Virus record (IMG/VR): IMGVR_UViG_3300042556_001828
Location: 1 to 64,000 of that record
Reading direction: 5' to 3' (one strand)
Origin: a virus
Length of the DNA: 64,000 nucleotides
A model generated the notes under the pieces. It ran no database searches. It was not told the DNA's origin and saw only the letters and a list, made by a program, of their open reading frames with translations. Position 1 is the first letter of the stretch, and each line of letters begins with the position of its first letter. Below, in pieces: positions 1 through 10,200 of this stretch. Position numbers and translations under genes: made by a program.

Positions 1-2295
1 GGTCATGGCTTCTTTGGCAGCCGCGGCAGGATTCGCGTGCCCTCGTTTCGTAAATACATCCGTGAGCGACGCTTCCATGTTCTTCTGGATATGTGTGATC
101 TGTTCGCCGCGCTCCATGTCTGACGTTGCAATAATTAAATCGGTAAGCGCGGCGCCCGCATCGTGCGACAGCTCGTTGCGGTCTTTTTTGCTCAGCTTTG
201 CGAATTCGCTGCCAGCGTTTTTGCTGGCATATGTTGCTATGTTGCTATGGATAGCATTTGACGTTTCAGCGTTATTGATATCCCGCGCAACTTCGTACTT
301 TTGTGTAGAAAACCCGAACCCAGCTTGCACATGCTGTTTTGTCGTCGGGTCATAGTACGTGGTAGAGAACTGCGACTGGGTGCCGCCAGCGCGTTCAAAC
401 ATTTCACCGGCTGCTTGGATGCCACCTTTGCCAATGACTTCTTTAATATTTTTCTTTTCGCCGGTTTTGGGGTCTTCATAAGTGCCGTCAGAGTTTGGAT
501 CGCTATAGGCTTTAATAGCGGCTTCCATTTCAGAACCGGCATACTTTCCGGGGCTGGCTTCGTACAGCGCTTTGAGCGTGGCCATACCCATCGCGTTGGT
601 CGACGCGTTACCGCGCATTTCCCGCTCCGCGACGTTCTGCATCGCTTCTTCTTGGCTCATCGCACCATAGACAGGCTTTGCAAACGCGCCGGTGTCTCGC
701 ATGACCTTCGTCGCGGCGAGTACGTGCGCTGTACTTTGCATGGTGGTGCCTTTGGCGACGCCCAGCATGTCGCCCATCGCGCCCATGTTGGCAGACAACC
801 CCGCCAGCTGCTCAAAACCAACGCCGCTTTCTTTTGCCAGCGTTTGCATCTGCCGCAACGCCGTCTCGACTTTGCCGCCGCTAACTTGGCTGCCCGCGCC
901 CTGTGTTAACTGATCCAGTGCCGCAAGCAGTGCCGGCATCGGAGCGTTGGGATTGCCGTTGTCTCCAAAGATCTCGCGCACGGCGGCTACGGCGCCGGTC
1001 ATTTCTTTAATAGCGCCGGCTGAGCGTTTGGCGTCAACGTTGCCGGCCATTAGGTCCATGCCAGCAAGCTGCTCAAGCTTATCTACAGATTTTGCGCCCG
1101 TGTCACCGCGCTGCGCTTTGTCTAATTCTTTAAACGTTTCGCCCAGTGTGTCTTTGAATGTGCCCAGCTTCGACTCAAGCTCTTTTTTCTGGCCTTCGGC
1201 TGTCTTGCCGCGGTACTCGGTGTCTTTCATCAGCTCGCGGTGGCCATAGTCGCGCGCCAGCTTGTCCATAGTTTCTTCGTCACGGCCAGAACTCTGGATG
1301 AGCTTCACGCGATCAGCCGCCGACATAGACCCGAGCGCCTGCGGTAACTTACCGCGTTGAAACATGTCTTCCGCAAGCTGGCCAATCTGCCCGGCCATAA
1401 ACCCGTGCATGTCGTTCGTGGCCATCTTGTCGGCACGTTTCTTCAAGCCGCCGACTGTAATTTCGGTGTCTGACAGGACGCCGGCTTCATTCAACGCGCG
1501 GTCGAACTTTGTTAGTTCTTTTGCCTGTTCTTTAAGATCCGTCGCTTTGCCGCCGGAAACGTACTTCTTATACAGCTGGTCAACGCGGGTTTTAGAGTCG
1601 TCTAGCTCCATTAGCCGTGTGCTGGCCATATCATCAGACACGATCTCTTTTTCTTCCGCGCGGGCGGCTTTTTTAAGCCGGCGCGCGCTGTCTGCGTTAC
1701 CCTTGCGCGTTTCGTCGGCGAGCTGTTCGGTGTTGCCGTGCGGCTCGTACAGCTCGTTGTAAATGCCAGTGCTGTAGCTTTGCAGCCCCTGCGCGCTCAT
1801 GCGCCCGCCGCCAGTAGGGTCTTGGCGAAAATAGCCGATTTTATTAACACTCTGCGCTAGCGCACCCACGTCGCCCTTGCTGCCGTGGAAGGCGGCCTCA
1901 AGGTTCTCTGGCCCAACAGCTGCGCCAAGTAAGGCTTTGGTCACGGGATTGTTTAACATCCCGGCCATGTTTTGCGCTTGTTCGTGATTGAGCTGTGTCG
2001 CCGGCGCGTTTGTGACAGCAGCCCGCATACCCAGCAGGCGCGTGGCAAGATTGTCGTTGCCCGCGGCATTGGTGTTAAACGTGGCCACCCGCGTATCGTT
2101 CTGGTATGCCCGCATGGCGTGCTGGTCCATGACAGCCTGCGTCGGCATCAGGTGGGGCACGAAATTGCCCGGGCCCGCCATTGCGCCCATTAATGGCCCA
2201 GCAAACATGGCCATCAGCTGGCCCAGATCGCCGCTGCCGGGCCCCATATTACCCGGATTATACGGCGTCGGGTGTAAAAATGGGTACTGCGGCAT
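1..2295 (-). CDS. Tape measure protein (5' part; runs off the left edge; missing from the ORF track)
   Basis: ATG at 2295 (MPQYPFLHPTPYNPG...). The frame reads open toward position 1 (>=765 aa), is Ala/Gly/Met/Lys-rich and helical, and lies directly downstream of the chaperone pair. Confidence 0.75.
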   Translation of the reverse strand, partial: MPQYPFLHPTPYNPGNMGPGSGDLGQLMAMFAGPLMGAMAGPGNFVPHLMPTQAVMDQHAMRAYQNDTRVATFNTNAAGNDNLATRLLGMRAAVTNAPATQLNHEQAQNMAGMLNNPVTKALLGAAVGPENLEAAFHGSKGDVGALAQSVNKIGYFRQDPTGGGRMSAQGLQSYSTGIYNELYEPHGNTEQLADETRKGNADSARRLKKAARAEEKEIVSDDMASTRLMELDDSKTRVDQLYKKYVSGGKATDLKEQAKELTKFDRALNEAGVLSDTEITVGGLKKRADKMATNDMHGFMAGQIGQLAEDMFQRGKLPQALGSMSAADRVKLIQSSGRDEETMDKLARDYGHRELMKDTEYRGKTAEGQKKELESKLGTFKDTLGETFKELDKAQRGDTGAKSVDKLEQLAGMDLMAGNVDAKRSAGAIKEMTGAVAAVREIFGDNGNPNAPMPALLAALDQLTQGAGSQVSGGKVETALRQMQTLAKESGVGFEQLAGLSANMGAMGDMLGVAKGTTMQSTAHVLAATKVMRDTGAFAKPVYGAMSQEEAMQNVAEREMRGNASTNAMGMATLKALYEASPGKYAGSEMEAAIKAYSDPNSDGTYEDPKTGEKKNIKEVIGKGGIQAAGEMFERAGGTQSQFSTTYYDPTTKQHVQAGFGFSTQKYEVARDINNAETSNAIHSNIATYASKNAGSEFAKLSKKDRNELSHDAGAALTDLIIATSDMERGEQITHIQKNMEASLTDVFTKRGHANPAAAAKEAMT

Positions 2296-2307
2296 TGGGC
2301 GACTCTG

Positions 2308-2694
2308 CTATTTATCGGCTGGTTTTTCGGCGCGCCAAACTTTGTACTTATTAACTAGGCGCTGCGTCTCGTCATCTATTGTACCTTTTTCGTCTTTATT
2401 CTCGGTTTTTACAGCCCACGGGAAAACAAGGGCCTGTAATTCAGTCAAAGTGTCTGTCGCAGAGCCTTTGATATTTTTAAAACTGTCCTCGGTAAGCGAC
2501 CCGTGAGCGACATAGGCGCACCAATGCCGGTGCAGGTGTTCTGTCAGGGATTGTTCTTCTCGGCGCTGTAGCTCGGTCAGCAGTAATCTGTGTTTTATCC
2601 GCCAGTTTATGTCTGTGGGATCGGCACGGGAGTAGTCAACCGCTCCCGACGCGGCAGCGCGCACCATATACGCTGCTATTCGATCCCGTTCCAA
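2308..2694 (-). CDS. Tail assembly chaperone, frameshift extension (gpT-like)
   Basis: Overlaps the end of the upstream ORF in the -1 frame, has only a TTG start inside a T5 run, and precedes the tape measure gene. Confidence 0.6.
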   Translation of the reverse strand: MERDRIAAYMVRAAASGAVDYSRADPTDINWRIKHRLLLTELQRREEQSLTEHLHRHWCAYVAHGSLTEDSFKNIKGSATDTLTELQALVFPWAVKTENKDEKGTIDDETQRLVNKYKVWRAEKPADK

Positions 2695-3686
2695 AAACTT
2701 GGTTCAAGCGCCATGGCTTCAAGAGCTTCAACCAGCCTTTGGAACTGCCGCAGGTGCGTTGCGACAAGGCGTCGTGTTACTTCTTGGGCCAAAATCTTCG
2801 TACTTACAAACTCTAACTGTTTTACAAGTGCTGTTTCCAGCGGCTGCTCTGGATTTCGCGTAAACGGCATCTCGCTCAGCTCTGGTACCACCGCGATAAC
2901 CTTGCCCGCCTTGTCTTTGATATCTTCTAGCGAGCACGCCAGCCGATAATCCATCATCTGGACGAACCACTCAGCTTCTGTTGCAACTTTATTCTCTTGC
3001 TGGTCTAGGACAAGCTGCCGATAGATCAGTTTGTTCTCGTCGGCCAGCAAACCCCTGAATGTCACGATAATTTTGCCGCCAAACAGCTCGTAGCTCTTCT
3101 TGAAGCGCGTACCACCAAGCAACGTGGCCAAAAAGTCTTCTTTATCGCGGTCTGTCGGCTGCACCTCGAACTTTTGTCGCATGTCCCAGCCGCAGCGCGG
3201 GCAAAAAGGCAGAATTACCGACTGTTCCGCCGGCGGATTGGCGATAACGGCAGGTTCTTGCGGTACGTCAACCTCGATAGTCGGTTTTTCCATCTCGGGC
3301 GCAGGCTCTTTGCTGATTTCAGCGCGATCATCGACGATCTGCGGCGCTTCTGGTGGCTGCGCCTCACCTTTTACGATTTGCTCGTATACCGCACGGGCGC
3401 TGGCAGACAGGCCAGCTGTTTTTTGGTCAATTTCTGCTTGCTGTGTCTTATCCGCCGCGTACTTTTTGGCGGCTACCAGTAAGTTTTTAACTTCTTCAAC
3501 GCTTTCGGGCGTCATTACAGCCAAATCGACTAAAACATCCGTACGTTGAGACGGCGGCAACGTTTCTTTAATGCGCAATAACGTGTCGCTGAGCGCTGTC
3601 GGCAGAGGATCGCCTTCGACCCAGCCAAACTGCGCCAGTGTTTTCTTTGTAAAGTCAGAAAAATACGGATTTTCTACCAATTCCAC
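2676..3686 (-). CDS. Tail assembly chaperone (gpG-like)
   Basis: 336-aa ORF upstream of the tape measure gene, ending ...EPSFWNGIE over a slippery AAGTTTTTGG. Assignment is by synteny. Confidence 0.55.
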   Translation of the reverse strand: MELVENPYFSDFTKKTLAQFGWVEGDPLPTALSDTLLRIKETLPPSQRTDVLVDLAVMTPESVEEVKNLLVAAKKYAADKTQQAEIDQKTAGLSASARAVYEQIVKGEAQPPEAPQIVDDRAEISKEPAPEMEKPTIEVDVPQEPAVIANPPAEQSVILPFCPRCGWDMRQKFEVQPTDRDKEDFLATLLGGTRFKKSYELFGGKIIVTFRGLLADENKLIYRQLVLDQQENKVATEAEWFVQMMDYRLACSLEDIKDKAGKVIAVVPELSEMPFTRNPEQPLETALVKQLEFVSTKILAQEVTRRLVATHLRQFQRLVEALEAMALEPSFWNGIE

Positions 3687-3703
3687 AGCGCACTCCTTTG
3701 CGG

Positions 3704-6592
3704 TTACTTTCTCGGGATAATCGGGTACGTACCGTCCAGTGTTTGCTTATTGTTATCTTTGAACTCGGGGTTTTTGTACTCGCCGGACAGGCTTGGCGCT
3801 GTACCACGAGCCTTATCAATGTACCCGCCGTTTTGCTGCACGATATTAAAGTCTTGCTCGACGTACGTCTGCTCGTCTTTCGTCCACTTTTTACCCGGGA
3901 ACGGAAACGAGTCGGGCCCCGTTTTGACTTTCACAGGCTTTTCTGTCCATTTTTCCGGGCTACCAGAGCCCAAGCGCGCCATCTGCTGCCAACGGTCTTC
4001 GTACAGCACAAAATCAGGGATGTTGTAGTCGGCGTCGGTGCGGAACGAAAACTCAGCGATATCCATAACGCGCGCATTGCCAGCTTTTTTATCTGCGTAC
4101 CACAGCTGTTCTAGCAATTGGTTATCAATCTGCGCGCCGATTTGCGGTATTTCGTCGTCAATAAGCTTGCGGATCTCGTCAATGGCTTTGTTAACCTGCG
4201 TTTGGCAGTCGCCGTCACAGGGCGCCACGAAAATAGCGCCTTTTGCCGCGGCCTCTGTAACAATGTGGCCCTTTGCGACCAAGACGCTGGCTTTTGATAA
4301 CAATCCACCGCCCGCAATGATGTGGCTTTCAGTGCCTAGCGGCCCAGTCAACAGCGTAAAGTTCTCTGAGAACATGTTCGCCTTCTGGTAGTCGTTCATG
4401 CCGAAGAACTGATAATGCCGACCTCCGCGCTGCAAGAACTCATAGAAGTTATTCGACTTAGTAACGATCTCTTTTTCACCCTTGCCGGCGTCGATGGTGA
4501 TGTTGCCCGGCTTGATTGAACTGCCGCCGCCACCCGTGCGCAGGTAAATCTGGTGTGCCAAACTGACAACATTGGCGTTCGGCGCGCGCAGCACAATGCC
4601 GGCAAATTTAACGTTATCACCGCTTTGCTCGAAATCGTAGTTCGGCGTTTTCATGCGGCTTTCAAGCAAAATCCCGCCTTCTTTTTCGGACGAGTCGTTG
4701 CCGGCGAGCACCATCACGTTGGCCTCGGCCTTAATGCGCACATTCTTTTTCGTCGCAGAAATGTCGACCGACTTGTACGCTTTCTGGATTACATCGTTGC
4801 CCGCCCATGTTTGCACGTCACGGCCGCCCTTGAGCCATACGTCGCCGGGCGCGGAGATGAACACGCACCCGCCGGACATGCGAATCTCAGCGCCGTAACC
4901 GTCTCCGATAACTACACCCCCGTCTTCCAGCAACGACACGAACGATTCTGTCTCATAGAACTTCTGTTCGCCGGCCTTTTCATACCGATGGTCAATTTTG
5001 AATGTCTTCGGCTCTTCTTCCTTGAGGTACATCTTTGACGCAGCAAGGTCTTGAAATTTTGGAATCTTTTGATTGACCTGCGCGTACTCTAGCTCTTGCT
5101 GCTCCCACGTCTTGTAGTCTTTCGCGTGCCAGTAAAAAGGATGCAGCCCCGCGTAATTAAACAGATAGCCGTGCAAGTCGAGAACGGCAGCAGCGCGCTG
5201 TAAATTAGGGTAATCAGTGTCGGTAGCCTTGATCGTACCGGTAATCGAATGTTCTGGTCCTTCGCCGTATTTGCTCGCTGCCTTGTAGTTTTTTTCAGCG
5301 TCGTCGCCTTCCTTTTGATCTTCCGGGCGCTTAATCCGTTGCGGCATGGGCAACAGGATCCGCTTGGACAGCACAATACCTTTGGCCGACGCAAAGAATA
5401 AACGCCCGTCTTGCGCTGTGTTTTCTTCGCGCAAACCGTAAGCGGGTTTCGGGTTGTGATCTGTCAGTTTGTCGCCGCCGCCGCCGCAATCAGGCGCGCC
5501 ACCCCCTTCAGTCTCAACGCGAGAGTCGTAAGGCGTTTCGCCGGGGCTGCCCTTTTTGCCGTCATACGTCCAGCGCTCTAGTCCGGGCGGCGGCGCATGA
5601 ATAACATTACGGCTGCCTTGTCCTAAATAGCCAAAGAACTGCTGGGTGCGATGGTACGGCTGCTGAAACTCGTGTTTATTTTCCCAGTGCGCATAATAGG
5701 GCTTTGCCGACGAGCACTGGTAATCTGCGGGCTGATACTCTTCAATCATTTCGCCCGGGATTAGCATGCCCATGGCTTCCCACGGATACGGCGAATAACC
5801 CTGCGTATCGTTGCACTCGGCTTGATCCATGAACGCCTCGCGCTCACTGCCGGCCGTCCACACCTGCATGTTATAACCGGCCACCCGCAAGAGGGAGTCG
5901 TGGTAGAAGCCGTACACGCCGCAAAACTCGTTCATCGACACGCGGAACATGAAATCGTCCAGCGTGACGCCCGCGCCCGTACTGGTGATGGCGCCCCATT
6001 CACTGGCGAGCGTGGCGTCCCACGCCCGCCACGCGCTGTAATCGACCATTTGCCCGCTTTGGGGCTGCTTCAGGTACTTCTTGTGTACGTCGTCTACGCG
6101 CTTCCTAGAGGCCTGTGAGATATAGTCGTGGTAAGCGCGTTTACCGATATCCAATACGTTTGGCACGGCGCCAAGGATAAACCCTTTAAACTGCTTATCG
6201 TGCGCCATGACGATAACGCAGGTGCCGGGAGTGTATGTATTGATCTCCGTGGCGCCAAAAGCCACGCCACTGGTCCCAGAACAGGCCGTGGCAATAATGG
6301 GCGTAAAACCCTTTTCTAGATGCACGCGGTAGCAGTTCGCTATCGACGTGCCGTCCATGATCCAGCCCAAACATAGCCGGCCAGTATCTTGGAACCCCGT
6401 TTTAAAGCCCGTAAGATTGCAGTTAGGGTCGGCAACCGGGGTAGTGTGGGCACCATACGCTGTCGTCGTAGTCCGCCCGCCGTACTGCGTCTGGTTTTGC
6501 AGCCGGCGCGTGGCTAACGTCGGATCATTGGCGTACGGCGGGCTCGACGCGGGCGTAGTGCCCACCCGATGAGCCGGGGGGTCGATGCTCAT
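3704..6592 (-). CDS. Putative baseplate hub/central spike protein (gp5/VgrG-like)
   Basis: 962 aa. OB-fold-like N-terminal region and a beta-helix-like stretch (GAEIRMSGGCVFISAPGDVWLKGGRDVQTWAGNDVIQKA...), located in the tail module. Confidence 0.5.
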   Translation of the reverse strand: MSIDPPAHRVGTTPASSPPYANDPTLATRRLQNQTQYGGRTTTTAYGAHTTPVADPNCNLTGFKTGFQDTGRLCLGWIMDGTSIANCYRVHLEKGFTPIIATACSGTSGVAFGATEINTYTPGTCVIVMAHDKQFKGFILGAVPNVLDIGKRAYHDYISQASRKRVDDVHKKYLKQPQSGQMVDYSAWRAWDATLASEWGAITSTGAGVTLDDFMFRVSMNEFCGVYGFYHDSLLRVAGYNMQVWTAGSEREAFMDQAECNDTQGYSPYPWEAMGMLIPGEMIEEYQPADYQCSSAKPYYAHWENKHEFQQPYHRTQQFFGYLGQGSRNVIHAPPPGLERWTYDGKKGSPGETPYDSRVETEGGGAPDCGGGGDKLTDHNPKPAYGLREENTAQDGRLFFASAKGIVLSKRILLPMPQRIKRPEDQKEGDDAEKNYKAASKYGEGPEHSITGTIKATDTDYPNLQRAAAVLDLHGYLFNYAGLHPFYWHAKDYKTWEQQELEYAQVNQKIPKFQDLAASKMYLKEEEPKTFKIDHRYEKAGEQKFYETESFVSLLEDGGVVIGDGYGAEIRMSGGCVFISAPGDVWLKGGRDVQTWAGNDVIQKAYKSVDISATKKNVRIKAEANVMVLAGNDSSEKEGGILLESRMKTPNYDFEQSGDNVKFAGIVLRAPNANVVSLAHQIYLRTGGGGSSIKPGNITIDAGKGEKEIVTKSNNFYEFLQRGGRHYQFFGMNDYQKANMFSENFTLLTGPLGTESHIIAGGGLLSKASVLVAKGHIVTEAAAKGAIFVAPCDGDCQTQVNKAIDEIRKLIDDEIPQIGAQIDNQLLEQLWYADKKAGNARVMDIAEFSFRTDADYNIPDFVLYEDRWQQMARLGSGSPEKWTEKPVKVKTGPDSFPFPGKKWTKDEQTYVEQDFNIVQQNGGYIDKARGTAPSLSGEYKNPEFKDNNKQTLDGTYPIIPRK

Positions 6593-6655
6593 TGATTATC
6601 CACCAAAAATGGTGTGGTTACGGGTATAAAACCCAAGGCGTTACCGCCTAATACC

Positions 6656-6692
6656 TTAAACGGCGGTTGCGTAAAACGCAACCGCCGTTTAA
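6656..6692. terminator. Perfect 17-bp inverted repeat downstream of the tail tube gene
   Basis: TTAAACGGCGGTTGCGT-AAA-ACGCAACCGCCGTTTAA. Confidence 0.7.
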
Positions 6693-6720
6693 TTACCGAC
6701 ATAAATAGCAAAACCGCAAA

Positions 6721-7164
6721 TCAGGCATAGTCAATGTCTAAAAACATGAAACCAAGGTTTTCCGTGATCACGACATCTTGCGCCGTGACGCTGGCGCCCA
6801 GTTGCGTGAGCGTTGCCTTTTTCAGCGTATACGTTACGGAACCGCTAGTCCCGCCGCAGCCGCCGGCGGCTGTCAGTACGACGTCCTTGGGCGTGCACAT
6901 ATCGCCGTAGTCATTGACCAGAGTCTTAAAGTTAGCAGTGCCGCCCACAATGCGACTCAGCTGCGCTTGACCCTGACGCCGATTACCGACGTAATACACG
7001 TTTGACGAACCGATTTCATACAGCGTGTTAATCTGCCGCGTCAGCGTGAAATTAACTTGCTGTACGAGCGCACCCGGGCCGCCTGCTCCGCCAAATGTCA
7101 TTGTCAGATCTTCAGCGCGAAACGAGCCATTGTGCGTTTGTTCTTTACCGAAAGGAGATGCCAT
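6721..7164 (-). CDS. Tail tube protein
   Basis: 147 aa immediately after the sheath gene. The QQVNFTLTRQINTLYEIGS...G...LSRIVG pattern is typical of myovirus tube proteins. Confidence 0.75.
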   Translation of the reverse strand: MASPFGKEQTHNGSFRAEDLTMTFGGAGGPGALVQQVNFTLTRQINTLYEIGSSNVYYVGNRRQGQAQLSRIVGGTANFKTLVNDYGDMCTPKDVVLTAAGGCGGTSGSVTYTLKKATLTQLGASVTAQDVVITENLGFMFLDIDYA

Positions 7165-7209
7165 AGTTCACCTAAGTGTTGTGAAGTTGACTGCTTAACT
7201 AATTTGAGA

Positions 7210-10200
7210 TCAGACCACCAAGTGCAGCTCAATGTTGTTGAGCGGCGCCGGGACAACAAGGTCAAGAACGATTTCAATACGATCCTTCAGCAGCGGATGA
7301 ATCTGCAGCTTGCGGATACTACCGCTGATGAGCTGCGACCCAAGCTCTTCTGTGTAACCGTTACTCGACAGGAAATCGATCACGGCTGTGACTTCGTATT
7401 TCAGCCGTGCGACCATGCCCGGTTGCGCGTTGGTGCGGCCGATAAACGGACGCAGGCGGCGCAGGAACAGGTACGACATGCTATCCACGTTGCGGCGGAT
7501 CATCTCTTCCCGACGATTCAGGTCGAGGTTGTCCGTCGTCAGCGCATGCCGCGTGAACGGCGTGCCGTCCTTGTCTTCAGTCACGATCCACGTTCCCGCC
7601 TCGGCAAGCCGATTAAGCTGCGTTTCGTTGAAGTACTTGTACGACCGGCTGTAGTCGTCAAAACCGGCGACTTCCACGTTCGTCAGCGGCTGGTGGGGCA
7701 CAACACCCGACACCAAACCAGCCAGCGCGGCCGACAGGTAATAGCCGGGCTGAACTGTGCCAGCCTCGCCAACCTGATCGGGCCACACTGCGCACACGCG
7801 ACGATTCGACAGCGAACCAGCCTGTTGCACAATGTCGTCAACGACTTCGTTGCGAGTACGGTTGTGATAGATCTCAACGCGCTGCGGCACGGTCACGGCG
7901 ACGTCGCCGCCCGAGTACAACAGCAGTGTCGATTCCGAAACAACCGCGTCTACAACGTATTCTTCGTATTGCTCTTCACCGAAACCGTCAACAGTGTAGT
8001 TATACCGAACGACGTCGCCCGGACGCACGTCGTTGGTGATGAAATAACCGTTGCCCGACGTGACCGTAAGCCGCGTGTACTGCGTGTTGGTCGCATTCGG
8101 ATCATCCGACAATGTCGCCAGCACGGGGTCGACTACTTCTTCGCCAAGCACGCCTGCGATCAGCGCGCCCTGACCAGCAACCTTCGCTACCGGGTGCGCC
8201 TTCACGGCGAAGAACCCAGCCTTCCAGTTGTTGGCGATCTCGTTCGACTCGCCGCCGATGTGCGCCGCCCACAGGTTCTGCACCCTGCGGTCGAACGTCA
8301 TCGGGACAAGGTTGTACATGTCGTCGCGACCCTTGATGCGCTCAAGCACTTGCGCCCATTTGGCGAGGTCCGGTCCGAGCGAGCGGCCTTCCTCGTCAAA
8401 CAGTTCGGGATCGGCAACCGCGGTGTACTTCACAACTGTACCATTGCTGTTAGAGAGCGCCTTGTACACGCCCCATTTCAGCGGGTTATCGGGGTCAAGC
8501 TGGCCCTTGATCTGGTCGAGGTTAGCCACGTCGCTGATCGAGTTGACCTCGTCGGCCAGCTCAGCCAGCCACTCGCGGTACTCGACGTACACCTTGCCAG
8601 CCATGACGTTCAGCGGCTGCTCAGCGCCGGCGCTTGTCCACTCAGGGTGGTAAGCGACGATGCCTTCTTGCACGCAGATCTGGGTATCCTCGTACCAGAA
8701 GTTCGTCATCGGCGCGAAGCCAATGCGGTTCTTCGAGATCTGGATATCGTCCTTGATGAACAGCTTGAGGTCCATGTCCTCACCGCTGATCAACTGGCAG
8801 GTTGCCGTAGCTGTTACCGACCCGCCGCCGGCGGGCGGCGCCGCAATCGTAATAGTCGGGGCAACGGTGTAACCGGCGCCACGATTTGTTACGGTGATGC
8901 CAACAACCTTACCGGCGTTGTCGCCAGTACCGAGCACAGCCGTGCCAGTAGCTGTCGCAGCGCCAACAACACCTTCACCCGGAGCCGAGAACGTTACCGC
9001 GGGCACAGTGCCGTATCCGCCGCCGACATTCGTGATGCTGATCGGGCCCACCTTGTCGACCGGCACGTTGTCCTGCGTCAGCAGTGCAACCGGCAGGTCG
9101 TCGCGGAGGATAAGCTTGCGCACCGGGCCAGCCTGACTGGAATTCACGGTGATGTACCACTTGTCGCCCTTGCGCAGACCGGGCACAGCGTAATCGTCTT
9201 CTTGACCGTCGGTGAACGACTTAAACTTCACCTTCACGCCGTTCGTGCCGATGTTTACGCTGACCGCGTTGCCACCGACGCCGTCGCCAGCCACTTCAGT
9301 CGGGCCGGAGAAATCGAGGCCCTTGACGGTGCGCACGGTGATCTCGGGGAGATCAGCCCACACGCCGCCCTTGGTGCACTCGATGACGTAAGTGTCGTTC
9401 TTGGCACCAGCGTAGGCACCCAGAATATCAAGGTCGCCCATCACGCCGTTCACGGACTCACCAGTCGCGTTAACGCCGTCGGCGTCCGACACCGCTTTGA
9501 CCTTTTCGTAGGTCTGCTTAACGTCAAACTTCCACTTCTGGCCGACCACGAACTGGTCGAGGTTGACTGTCGTGAAACGTACCGACAGGCCGCGGGTGCC
9601 GATAAAGGTCACGCCATCAGCATCGTCGAAATCATTCGGCTGAATTTCAGCCACGTCGTCGGTGCCACTGGCAGACGTGACGCGCAGACGCGCGGCAGCG
9701 CAACCAGCCACCGAACTCTTAACAACTTCGACAACGTACTCTTCCTCGACGTAACCGGCGGCAAGGCCGTCATAATCGTTGGCGCCTTCGTCCTCAGCAT
9801 CCAGCACGGTCACTGCCACGCTGTTGTCAACGCCATCAATTTGCGAAACTGTAACGTCAACGCCGTTAACGCTTAAGGCTGTATAACTGTCTTGGTTGTT
9901 TACGTCAGCCGTCGCCGGCAGAATGCGCGACGGCACGAGGTCGCTGGCAAAGCCAGTGACGTACGTGCTAAGCACAGTCTCTTCGCAGTCGTTGTCGGCG
10001 CTTACGCTCCGAAGCTGAACGACGTCGCCGAGCTGTACGTCACGATCAAAAAACACACCGGATCGCGGGTAGGCCGCGCCGTTCGACTTGAACGACAGCG
10101 TGCTGGACTGAATCCAGTTCATCTTGCCCGGGACGGCAGTGATAGTTGTATCACTCTCGCCGAGATTGTGCACGTAATATTGCAGCATGGCGTCGTCGAT

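Noticed and set aside
7057-9876. 939-aa plus-strand ORF and the other long plus-strand ORFs (e.g. 14548, 24326, 28183)
   Set aside because: They are antisense shadows of strongly codon-biased minus-strand genes, with Arg/Val/His-rich translations and no recognisable motifs.
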